Shown here one piece after another: positions 22,393 through 33,099 of a DNA stretch of 64,000 nucleotides. Made by a program: the position numbers and the translations under genes. Source of the stretch: Octopus sinensis. Taxonomy: Eukaryota. The stretch is taken from NCBI RefSeq assembly GCF_006345805.1, contig NC_043016.1, positions 24,056,001 to 24,120,000 of the forward strand, read 5' to 3'. How positions within the stretch are numbered: the stretch's first letter is position 1; every line of letters starts with the position of its first letter. The notes below the pieces were generated by a model. The model was not told the origin of the DNA. It saw only the letters and a program-made list of their open reading frames with translations, and did not search any database.

Positions 22393-22411
22393 TTCCGTAG
22401 CTCGTCTCATT

Positions 22412-23370
22412 GACGGAGATACAGTCCTGGATCAAACGTAGACCAAGAAATGACGCTTGGCAACTGGAGTGTTGGCAAGCGCTCACAGCTTTCTGCCAGT
22501 CGGGCAACGTGGTCGGTGGAAGTTCTGCTATGGAGTTCTATAGGGGATTAGCGGAGGGCAAGAGCGATGACGTTCTTGGGGAAACTCTGGGTGTCGGGAG
22601 GAATCAATTAACTGGTCTTTTCAGGAGGACATTCAGGCCAGAGCCTATGGATAACTTCCAGAAATCCCTAGCCTGGCAGTGCTACCGGGGAGCTCTGCCG
22701 GTTCAAGGCAAGCTCTACAGACACAGAAGTGTTGCCAGACGGACTTGTCTGAGGTGTGCGCAGGGCGATGAAACCGTCTTGCATGCACTCTTCCGGTATC
22801 CGTGCATTACAGATTTGTGGAGCTTTGTCGGTTATCAATTGTGTCCATAGTGAAGATCGCCGTGCCGCCTTCCTTTGGCCGGGAAGGAAAGGCAATTTTC
22901 CCGTCTGGTAGCTACGGCGAAGGAAGTAGTGTGGTGGACGAGATTGAAAAGACTGAAGACAGATACTTTTCTCTTCGGTCAATCTCTCATCGACTTTTTC
23001 AAGTTCCACTTGAAAAAGAAAGTGAGGGTAGAAAAGGAAATTCTGCCCTACCCAATATTTTTGTTGAAAAGTGGGTGAATGTAGCGAGGATGGCCCGAGT
23101 GGACATTTGCCTGTAGGCCGGAACGGCCGAAGGAAAGAGGGATGCTTGCCTGAGGTGTTCTTGGCGGTCGGGGTGACCAGGATGAGTAAGGTGCCTTGGT
23201 CAGCCCTGGGTGGAACTCTCCCCTATTGGTAATTTTTGTTGTTAGAATTTTCTTGTCAACTATTGCTGTTATTCATTGTATACTCGTCATTGTTCAGCAC
23301 CTCACTTGAATTATTGTATTATATTGTCCCTATTTGTTTAGTGTTCGGTCCTTGTTGCCACTAAAGAAAT
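22412..23370 (+). mobile_element. Tx1/L1-clade LINE 3' fragment (C-terminal zinc finger plus 3' UTR)
   Basis: KSLAWQCYRGALPVQGKLY...TCLRCAQGDETVLHALF is the L1/Tx1 C-terminal zinc-finger region. The ORF ends KWVNVARMARV and the 3' end is GTTCGGTCCTTGTTGCCACTAAAGAAAT. Confidence 0.82.
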
Positions 23371-23380
23371 CATTATTATT

Positions 23381-23642
23381 TTGGTTTGGCTCAGTTTCGG
23401 TCTTATTCTTAGGTATCCACAAGTTTTCAGCAGTTTTTCAAGTGCTTAAAACCCTCCTGATAATCCTTGCTGTCCTTAAGAGACAAACTTTCTGTAGGAG
23501 CTCCACCGAAAATTCTATTCCAATCTCTTTCAACCATTTGTCTATATCTTGGTTTACTGTTCCCAACGCACTAATTATTATAGGCACGACCTTCACTGTT
23601 CGCATGCTCCAAATTCTTCCTATTTCAAATTTTAAGGGATTG

Positions 23643-23645
<3 letters not shown>
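23381..23645 (-). mobile_element. R4/Dong-clade LINE 3' fragment (copy 2)
   Basis: Minus strand reads KYNPLKFEIGRIWSMRTVKVVPIIISALGTV...LLQKVCLLRTARIIRRVL (REL-endonuclease C-terminus), followed by a short AATAATAAT tail. Confidence 0.8.

Positions 23646-23733
<88 letters not shown>
23646..23733. repeat. (ATT)n microsatellite, the tail or target of the Dong-like element
   Basis: Pure ATT array directly 3' of the minus-strand element. Confidence 0.95.
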
Positions 23734-23734
<1 letters not shown>

Positions 23735-25640
23735 TTTGCCACAGCTTCTAACACTGCAGATATACTACAGTGCCAGCTGTCATCTACCAGTGAACTAAGG
23801 TAACACCCCTTATTTTTCCAGCACCATCCGGAGTATTCGAGCGGTTCCAAGCATTGCTGTTTTCTGCAAGTGCTCCACTCTTACTGCAGCCCCTATTTGT
23901 TCCATGTATTTCTCAAAATTTTTACTCACTGATCCGACAATTATTGGTACTACTTCCATCTTTTTCAATGACCACGACTGCTTAACCTCCCAAGCTAACC
24001 TGTCATATCTCTCGACTTTACTTTCTTCCTTATCGCAAACCTTGTTGTCAGCTGAGCATGCCATATCTATGACGAAATAATATTAGTATTTTACTTTTAA
24101 TCTGCATGTTTGTTACAGTTACTTGTCGAGACACACCCAATGTCCTGGGGCGAGTGAAAGATAAGAGATGTAACAGTATGACTGAAAGCTGTGGGAGGGG
24201 AATTCCTTTTACAGCCTTTTGGAGTTTGTGGAAGGATACATCTCTGTTCAAGGAAAGCGTCAGTTAATATGGATGTGAGGATCTTGTATGTGGTGTTGAG
24301 ATATGTTATCTGTCGGTAGTACTTTGGATTTTTTTCTGTCTTCAGTTGAGTGTATGTTGTTCATTCGGTCAGGTATTTGCTCTGGGTTCTGGATGACATC
24401 AGTCAGAGATGCAGGGAAATTTTGGTGCACTTCAGTCAAACAATTCAGCCAGAATTCATTTAAGTTCTGAGGTTTTCCATTTGTGAAACTTTCTAAGAAC
24501 ACATCTTAGCTCTTCTCCTATTGCCTCCCATTTCTGCTCTTCAACTTCATTCAGTCTCACTTTCTCATGCTCTATCCAGTCTTCTTTATCATTATATTCT
24601 TTCTTGTTGCTCCATATCTTCTTCCAGAACTCTTCCATTTCCTCAGTCTTAGGCGGCTCCTTTACTTCTATCTTACTTTTGCTAATTTCCCTATAAAATT
24701 TATCTTGGATGACTTATTTTGCCGATAAAATTTGATTCGTTTGTCATACTTTCTAAGCCGTCGGGCTTTCAGTTACATTTGTTGTTTCAATTGTTCCATG
24801 GTTGCAGGGAGGCTTATAAAATCTTTGATTTTATATTTTTGCTTGACTTTTCTAGCTTGTTTCATCTTAACATTTACTCTTCTAGCAAGTTCATTGAGAA
24901 CTGATACATCCGCCCACAAAAATTCAATCTGTTTTTGTATTGCTACTTTCCACTTAGGAGGTCTATTGACATGGTTGGTCGTTTTCTGTGTCGTCCTGAT
25001 ACCTAGTTGAGAAGTTACAACTTTAGCAGTGGAATAGATGAGATTATTTAAGATTGTTAGGTCATATCCCTTATAACTTAAGATCTGTCTAAGAGCAACA
25101 TTATATATCATGATTATGTTGTTGTCTTTTAAGCTGTTTGAGAACTTTGCCAGTGGTTCTCTATTGATGATGTCAGTAGACTCAGTCCTGCCGAGTTCTC
25201 TGATAATACCTTCTTTTGCTTCTATGATCTTCTCTTTATTATTCACCTCAAATTCTGTGTCATACCTATTCTGGTGTTTTTGAGGTAGGTCTACTTTCTC
25301 CTCTTTTGTTCTTCGCTATTCTTTCTTCAGCTCCCTCGTTGGGATGTACTGCTCGTACACCGGGTTCTACAGGTCTGGGGTTAGGGTTATCCTAGATCTG
25401 GTTACCTAGTAGATCGTTTTGCAGAGAGTTTGTTCCAGCAGCAGATTTTTCGACCCCAGTCTGGTTCTCCACGAAGTAACACGGTCCTTGTAGTCCCGGG
25501 TGATGACCGATCTGGCATGAGTGACAATAGGAGACGGGTCTGTTTGTTCAGAGTTGACTTTTTGACCCAACACCGCTTCCTTGGTCTTCGAATGAGTATA
25601 TTTATCATATCGTAAGCTGATAGATCGAAAAGCGCCTCTA
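23734..25640 (-). mobile_element. R4/Dong-clade LINE, internally deleted and decayed (copy 1)
   Basis: N-terminal PPKWKVAIQKQI...EQLKQQ, pre-RT EEFWKKIWS...KFHKWK, RT start NEFWLNCLTEVH...PEQIP, and C-terminal REL region KVERYDRLAWEVKQSW...VVPII...LQKTAMLGTARILRMVL, followed by (TAA)n. Confidence 0.85.
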
Positions 25641-26112
25641 TTTATTATTTTTTTGTAGCTATGTTTCCCGACATAACTGTTTGGTAATATTTTAAACTTA
25701 GTGACTAATTTGCTTTTGCTCCTTTTAATATTCGTTTGTGGAAAGTGTTTTTATTTTATTTTCTATGTGCGTACGTGTGTGTCGTGTGGGCATTATATTG
25801 CTTATAAATATTAACGTGCAGATAGATGCATGGACAGATGCATGTATAGGTAATTATTCAAATTACGTACTTACTGTGTAATTAGTGTTTTTCAGGTTTT
25901 TTGGTGCTGGTTTCGACTTCACGTGTATGTTGCATTGAGATATCGTGCATTTAAGAAAGAAACTACACTTTATATGACAAAAATCTTTCCGGTTTTTTAG
26001 TTCCTCTTCTTTAACAGAACCTTTACCACAGTTGTATTGCGAAGTTTTCCTCGCATCGCACCGATATTATTGAATTGAGATTGTTTTGTGGGCCAGGACC
26101 GTTTTGAAGAAC

Positions 26113-26169
<57 letters not shown>

Positions 26170-26180
26170 GCTATTATTAT

Positions 26181-26709
26181 TGAGTGAGAGAGCAGTGTAT
26201 ACCATTAAAGTGACACGGGTAAAATATACGAATCCCAATATACCCACCATGTCTGATAAGGGTACACCAGGCACATGCATCACAACCATATGTGCGCAAC
26301 ATAGTGATCTCATATCATGATAAACAGCGCATGACCTTGCAGGTGGGGCCCAGTTAGAATTTTCTTCTGCTCGAGTAACCCATCCCGCTAAAAAGGTCCC
26401 TGAATAAGGATTGTTTAAGGATGTTGAACGAACCACCCATGTTTCCAAAGGTGAATTATTCAAACCTCTAAGAATTCCTTTCAACACACGCTATGATGCT
26501 CCCCCACTACTTCTGCTCGTGATAAGAGATGCGCATATGGTCAGCCACTAAGAGACATGCCCAACTGGTTAAGGTCAAGCAACTGACAAGCAAATCTGTG
26601 GTATTGAGCAGAATATTTGCTGTAGCCCATCTTTTATACCAAGACAAAAAAATGAACATAACACTACCAGTCAGTTAAGATCAGAAACCACGAGAATCCC
26701 TGTCTGGTT
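26181..26709 (-). repeat. Unclassified (TAA)n-tailed repeat D, copy 2, flanked by (ATT)n on both sides
   Basis: Colinear with 21944-22392. ATT arrays lie at ~26112-26180 and ~26710-26790. Confidence 0.85.
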
Positions 26710-26720
26710 TATTATTATTA

Positions 26721-26775
<55 letters not shown>

Positions 26776-26874
26776 CATTATTATTATTATGATGATGATG
26801 ATAACGACAACGATGATGAAGTTTTTTTGCTCTAAATATAAATTCATTTCATGTTATCAAATTATTTGCAAAGT

Positions 26875-26970
26875 GGTATGTATGTACGTAGGCATGTATG
26901 TATGTATGTATGTATGTATGTATGTATGTATGTATGTATGTATGTATGTATGTATGTATGTATGTATGTA
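26875..26970. repeat. (TATG)n microsatellite
   Basis: Directly visible. Confidence 0.9.
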
Positions 26971-27555
26971 TAAATATATATGTGCTGTGCGTGTATGTCT
27001 ATGTGTTGTGTCTATGTGTGAGCGTGGGCGTGTGCAAGTGTTTATGTGTGTGCATGTGTGAGTATGCGCTCGCGTGCATGAGATTTTTATGGTAATTCAC
27101 AGAGAGAGATGTGATTTAGCATTTATTGACAGACAATCTATATTGATAAGCAGAAGCACAAAATGTCCCACTCAAAACTAATGATAACAGAAAGAAGGGT
27201 AGTGAAGGTTATTCGGAATTAAATGAATTCAACATCGAAATTTCACTCCTTAAAAATGTCCGCAATACTAAAGTATAGAGGTGGTTATTTTGCGTTGCGA
27301 TCTGTCATTTTTTTTAAAGGTTTCAATAAAAGATAATCTATTTTAGGGTTGGGATAGGTAGTTAGTTGTCAACAGAATCGACAGTAAGGATTTGGTAGTG
27401 GACATAAATAAAAGACAAAACAACGACTGTCTGTACTTGAACAAGATCAAGTAACACGAACGATATAGGACACTAAATGCCTGTGTCTAATTTGGTGGGA
27501 ATATATTCGTGAATATCCATTTATGCACATTACATACATTCTTGCAGTTATTCAT

Positions 27556-27957
27556 GTGGCTGTGTGGCAAGAAGGTTGCTTCCTTACCACATGGCTCCGG
27601 GTTCAGTTCCAATGTGTGGTACTTTGGACATGTGTCTTCTACCTTGTGAGTGGATTTGGTAGACGGAAACTGAAAGAAACCCGTTGTATATGTATGTGTG
27701 TGTATGTGTGCGTGTGTGCGTGTGCGTGTGTGTGTGTGCGTGCGTGTGCGCGCGCGCGCGTGTCTACTATTGCTTGACAACCAACGTTGATGTTTACGTC
27801 CCCGTAACTTAGCAGTTCGGCAATAGAGGCCCATAGAATAAGGCTCACAAAAAAATAAGTTTTGGGGTCGATTTCTTCGACTAAAAGAAATCTTTTAAAA
27901 TGGTGCTCCAGCATGGCCGCAGTCAAATGACTGAAACATGTAAAAGAATAAAAGAAT
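27556..27957 (+). mobile_element. SINE-A, full length
   Basis: Head, central TG array, shared core and tail GGTGCTCCAGCATGGCCGCAGTCAAATGACTGAAAC are all present. Confidence 0.9.
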
Positions 27958-28213
27958 ATGCATGCATACTTAAGATTATCTCTATAGAAAATTTATACAG
28001 ATACATTTAAAAGTGAAAATATCGCACTGCTAACACAAAGGAAAGGCACAACATTAACTTGTAAAACTTTAATATAATTGGTAGTATATTATGGTTGCAT
28101 AATGAAATACTGTGACCTTACCAGCAATTAATATATACGAACATATGCGTTCATACATACAGAGTGGCATTTCATGTATTCATATATACATTGCATATAT
28201 ATTCACAAACATA

Positions 28214-29250
28214 CAGGGATTGGACAAAATAATGGAAACGTCACTTTTATCTATTTAACTTATAAGGCAATATGACAAGTTCAGTCTGCAAATATGTGTT
28301 CAAATCCGATATGTATGTCTTGTACTTCATGATATAGGCCATAGTTTTTCTGTTTTAGCAGACATTTATATGCGTGTCCTATTTCATTTCTAAAGAAGAC
28401 AAGCTGCTGGAGCGCAGACAGCTTATGCTTCAGTCACTAAACTGTTGAATTGTTTGGTGTTTCGAGAGGCACAGTCTCCAAAATTGTGTAGGCACTTCCA
28501 AACCCAAAGTAAAACCAGATCTAGTATGCGTAATTCTGGACGGTATGTGAAGCTGACATGGAGGGACCGTAGAATTGTGAAACGTACTGTATCTAAGAAC
28601 ATAGCAGCAGAGCTAAACCACCACCTTAGCAACTCAAAATCATTTATCATTAGCTTCTTGTAGCAGAATACCATGGAGTCGAGTTGGAAGCAGAGTGCTG
28701 CAATTGCTAAATATCTCCTGTCTCCCCGCCCCATCAGCATTAATGAGCGGAAAAATGGTGGTGTCTGGAATATCATTTGGGGGCCAATAGTTCATTGGAA
28801 CGAATCATCATTCATCCTTGATGAATCATCATTCATTCCTTTTCTCACATCAGGGTGAGTTTACGTCGGGAGACAACTCAAAGAAACCTTCAACCCTAAC
28901 TGTTTTGTTCCTATCATGAAGCATTGACTGGTGATTTGGACAACCAAATCACTGGATACACATTACTGATGTTATTCAAAATTGGTACGAAAAGCACAAA
29001 ATTCAAGTAGACCACAATGACTGGGCCCGATCAATGAGCGGCTCTTAATACAATCAAACATTTTTTTTAATGCTTTTTGGAAAAACCCGTGAGAAGCTGC
29101 CCTTTTCCGCTTTCATCACTGAAAGAGCTAAAGCAGGATTTACTTGAAGAATGACTCAAAATTCCACAAACAGTCGCTTAAAAACTGTATGAGTAAATTC
29201 TTTGACGTATTAAAGTGATTGACACCAAAGATGGACCAAAGTTTGACACC
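28214..29250 (+). mobile_element. Tc1-family DNA transposon, decayed
   Basis: TIR TA|CAGGGATTGGACAAAATAATGGAAAC. Frameshifted transposase peptides ELFGVSRGTVSKI, NSGRYVKLTWRDRR, AAELNHHL, DESSFI, SLKELKQDLLEE and VIDTKDGP. Confidence 0.82.
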
Positions 29251-29254
29251 AAAG

Positions 29255-29495
29255 ATGTATGTATGTATGTATGTATGTATGTATGTATGTATGTATGTAT
29301 GTATGTATGTATGTATGTATGTATGTATGTATGTATGTATGTATGTATGTATATACATACATACATACATATGCTTATATTATGTATGTATGTATGTATG
29401 TATGTATGTATGTATGTATGTATGTATGTATGTATGTATGTATGTATGTATGTATGTATATACATACATACATACATATGCTTATATTATGTATG
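29255..29495. repeat. Duplicated (TATG)n-TA-(CATA)n microsatellite block
   Basis: The unit ending TATATACATACATACATACATATGCTTATATTATGTATG occurs twice. Confidence 0.9.
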
Positions 29496-29505
29496 TATAT
29501 TGGTG

Positions 29506-30679
29506 TCCAATATTGGTGTCACTGGAAAGCTGCTGCAATGGATCGAGTGCTTCCTCTCTAACAGAACCCAACATGTTGTAGTCGAAGGAGTCAAATCCAG
29601 CCCAGCCAAAGTCAGCAGTGGTGTCCCACAAGGCACTGTGTTGGGCCCACTTCTCTTCATCATCTACATAAATGATATTACTGACACCATCAAACACAGC
29701 AACATCAGAACCTTCGCTGATGATTCCCAGCTCCAGAAGGTCATCAATGGCGTGGATGACCGAATAAACCTTCAGTCAGACCTACTGGCTGTTGTCCAAT
29801 GGGCGGAAAAGAATAACATGTTGCTAAATGAAGACAAATTCGAACTGATCCACTTTGGAAGGGAGGACGCTCTGAAACTCCCATACTCTCTTCCTTCTGG
29901 AGAAATTCTCATGGCATCCAACAACATCAGAGACCTGGGAGTAACAGTGGACAACAACATAAGCTGGGCTACACATATAAGCAGCAAAGTTGACATGGCC
30001 CGCAGAATGTGTTCCTGGATTCTCAGAACCTTCCAGTCGAGAGATTCCCACGCTATTATCCTTCTCTTCTCCACTTTTGCCCGACCCCACCTTGAATACT
30101 GCTGTCCACTGTGGTCTCCCTACACAAAACAAAATATTATGAGAATTGAAGCTCCCCAAAGGTCAATCACAAAAAAGATAGATGGCATGTCAGACCTTGA
30201 CTACTGGGGTAGACTAGAGAAGCTGAAATTGTATTCACTCCAACGACGCCGTGAACGCTACATTATCTGTATGATGTGGAAAATATTCCATCAGCACTGT
30301 CCGAATGATGTTGGCATCACCTTCAAAATGCATCCAAGGCTTGGACCACGTGCCATCCGTCCACAACAAAAATCTAAATCGCATCACATAACGACAATAC
30401 GGCACAACTATTTCACCTCAATTGGACCCGCTCTCTTCAACATTACACCAGGACACGTCAAAAAAGAAACTGACCACACAAAATTCAAGAAGTCTTTGGA
30501 CAAATTCCTTCAAACAGTACCGGACAAACCACCCACACCCGGATATTCTCCGCAAACAATAACTCTCTGCTCGAATGGGCCTTGGTGCCCAAATCCTGAA
30601 CTGAAAGACTTCGCCAGGTGGTGCTATTAAGTTAGACATGGCCTGGGCCAATACTGGCCAAAAAACCTTTCTAAGTTAT

Positions 30680-30680
<1 letters not shown>
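29506..30680 (+). mobile_element. CR1-clade LINE, 5'-truncated, with uninterrupted RT C-terminal ORF
   Basis: About 375 stop-free codons to 30630, including SGVPQGTVLGPLLFIIYIND, FADD, RDLGV, RPHLEYCCPLWSP and LYSLQRRRERY. The short 3' UTR ends CCTTTCTAAGTTATT. Confidence 0.93.
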
Positions 30681-30711
<31 letters not shown>

Positions 30712-30937
30712 TGTATGTATATACATACATACATACACACATACATACAGGGGTTGCACAAAATAATGAAAACACCCTCTTAATTGGAAATCTATTATAT
30801 AACATGGAGCTGGTCCATATTATATAATAAGATTTCCAATTAAGAGGGTGTTTTCATTATTTTGTGCAACCCCTGTATGTATGTGTATGTATGTATGTAT
30901 ATACATACATACATACATACATACATACATACATACA

Positions 30938-30968
<31 letters not shown>
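30681..30968. mobile_element. Fold-back of a Tc1-type TIR plus flanking microsatellite (MITE-like core 30748-30875)
   Basis: TA-CAGGGGTTGCACAAAATAATGAAAACACCCTCTTAATTGGAAATCT is mirrored by its reverse complement around a 17-nt loop (30803-30819). The flanking TATG/CATA blocks are mirrored too. Confidence 0.88.
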
Positions 30969-31112
30969 GCATATATTATAAGCATACAATTCATAATATC
31001 AAAGGCGCAGAAAGTAATAGTAAGCACAGCTAATTTTTCTACTCGTACACAGAAATATAATGATTATGACGATACACTTCGTGGTTGATTGGTCGCGAGG
31101 TGTGTTTATCAT

Positions 31113-31155
31113 CCGAGGAGTGGCTTCTCAGCCACGAAACAAACATGTCTCAGTA
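31113..31155 (+). ncRNA. Hammerhead-ribozyme-like motif (U4C core variant)
   Basis: CCGAGGA-GTGGC/TTCTCA/GCCAC-GAA-ACA/AACA/TGT-C: perfect 5-bp stem II, 3-bp stem III, GUC triplet at 31147-31149. Stem I is not evident. Confidence 0.55.
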
Positions 31156-31199
31156 ATCTTTTTTTTCTTTTTTAGGGCAAGGACAATGATATATACTCT

Positions 31200-31389
31200 T
31201 TTTCTCTTTCACTACTTTCAGTCATTTGACTGCGGCCATGCTTGAGCATCGCCTTTAGTCGAACAAACCGACCTCAAGACTTATTCTTTGCAAGCCTGGT
31301 ACTTATTCTATCGTTCCCTTTTGCCGAACTGCTATATTACGGGGACGTAAACACACCAACATCGGTTGTCAAGCCCGAGGCTATAGTAT
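31200..31389 (-). mobile_element. SINE-A 3' part with internal deletion
   Basis: TTTCAGTCATTTGACTGCGGCCATGC...GGGGACGTAAACACACCAACATCGGTTGTCAAG. Confidence 0.8.
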
Positions 31390-32030
31390 GTCGCTGTCAC
31401 GTGTGGAACGAATTCGGTTGTCGGCCGAGTCTATCGTGAAAAATGCCCCGCCACCTTCCTTTAATCGGGAAGGCAAGGCAGTTTTCATCATACTGGTGAT
31501 CATGGTGAAAGAATGTGTGTGGTGGACTCGAGCGAAAGGTTTAGAGACAAACACTTTCCTCTCTGGCCAATCGCTCATCAACTTTCTCAAGTACTACTTG
31601 AAAAGGAAGATGAGAATAGAGGGGCAAGTTTTGTCTCATGAAAGACTCAATAAAAGGTGAGTGAATGTAGCAAAAACCGGTACGCGCGAATGACGAAACC
31701 ACTTCGAGCATGGTCCTGTAAATCGAAGAGAGAGAGAGAGAGAGCGCTTTGCTCTATGTGTTTTCCCCTCCCTGCTTGGGGTTACTGTGGTCTTCCTCGT
31801 AAGCTTTTCTTTCCACGGATAAACGTAATCTGTTTGTTTTCCTTTTACATTTTTACTCTGTTCTGTAATACACGATCCCTTTTGATCGGATGTTTTTCTA
31901 CATGACCCTTATTGATCGGAATTTTTTCCTCCTTTTTGTTTCTATTTTCCTTTTTTTCATTCGAAAAGAAAAGCTCTACATTGTATTTTGTCCCCTCTAT
32001 GTTCGGCCCTGTGTGGCTAATAAAGAAAGA
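31390..32030 (+). mobile_element. Tx1/L1-clade LINE 3' fragment with complete 3' end
   Basis: SAESIVKNAPPPSFNREGKAVF...VWWTRAKGL...FLSGQSLINFLKYYLKRKMRIE is homologous to 22412-23370. It ends TTTGTCCCCTCTATGTTCGGCCCTGTGTGGCTAATAAAGAAA. Confidence 0.85.
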
Positions 32031-32039
32031 TATCTACGA

Positions 32040-32081
32040 CTCTCTCTCTCTATTTGTCTATCTACTCTCTCTCTCTATTTG

Positions 32082-32177
<96 letters not shown>

Positions 32178-32210
32178 GCTAGCTAGCTAGCTAGCTAGCT
32201 AGCTAGCTAA
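32040..32210. repeat. (TCTA)n grading into (AGCT)n, directly 3' of the Tx1 end
   Basis: Directly visible. Confidence 0.95.
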
Positions 32211-32846
32211 TGTATGTTCGCGCGAGTGTATGTATTTGTGTGTGCGTGCGTGCGTATGTGTGTGTGTGTGTACTTGTCTTTGTTTTTATGTTTGTCTCCC
32301 CTCCCCCCAACTACCCATTTGATAACTGGAGTCAACATTCGTTCTTTGGAAAACCTCGACTATCTGGTGGGAAAGAGTTGCAAGCTCTTCTATTCAGATG
32401 CTGTCGTCGAAGACTCGTGAGACGAGCTGTGAGATCTTGGTATCTTATTGCAGGATTGCGAATTCTTACAAGGAGGAGTAAGAAGTTATGATGTGTATCT
32501 CAACATATATAACTTTTTATTTGTGATAAAAGTGTACTTTTGAAAATATGTTAGCGTTATTTCGTGTAACAAGTTGGAGCACCATATTATAAATTGGCTA
32601 GAATTCTTTAGAATTAGAGAACATGATCACGTCTCTGAGCCTTACTAGAAAAATAATTCAACGACATTGTTTTGTAAAGATCTATTTGAATCAGATAACT
32701 AAATATTTGCCAATTTGTTCTATAGACCGGCCATGCTATAGCTTTCCAGTTGAGTAAAACCGTTTCTGCACTCACCATGTATGAACTTAGCTATTTAAAA
32801 TCATCTTCTCAGTTTAGAATTTATCTCGTAAGGCTTTAATTTATAT

Positions 32847-32954
<108 letters not shown>

Positions 32955-33099
32955 TTATAGCAAAAATAGATAAAAGGTGCATTCCAGAAGTTTTAAGATT
33001 TTTTTCAAGAGAGCCATTTAATAATTTCAAAGAATTACAAAGCTCTAACCTCTTTTAAAGTAGGGTCTTATGACTTCAATGTACTTACTGTAGCAGTCC

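Noticed and set aside
25378-25389. Telomeric TTAGGG repeat
   Set aside because: Fewer than two full units, inside a LINE.
25380-25640. HDV-like ribozyme at the 5' end of the Dong-like element
   Set aside because: I could not assign P1, P2 and P3 pairings around the TTCGTGG segment by eye. A structure-descriptor search would be needed.
29215-30630. 471-aa ORF as a host gene or chimeric protein
   Set aside because: The N-terminal ~95 residues are a Tc1 end plus microsatellite read-through, and the rest is a 5'-truncated CR1 RT. There is no evidence of a promoter or selection.
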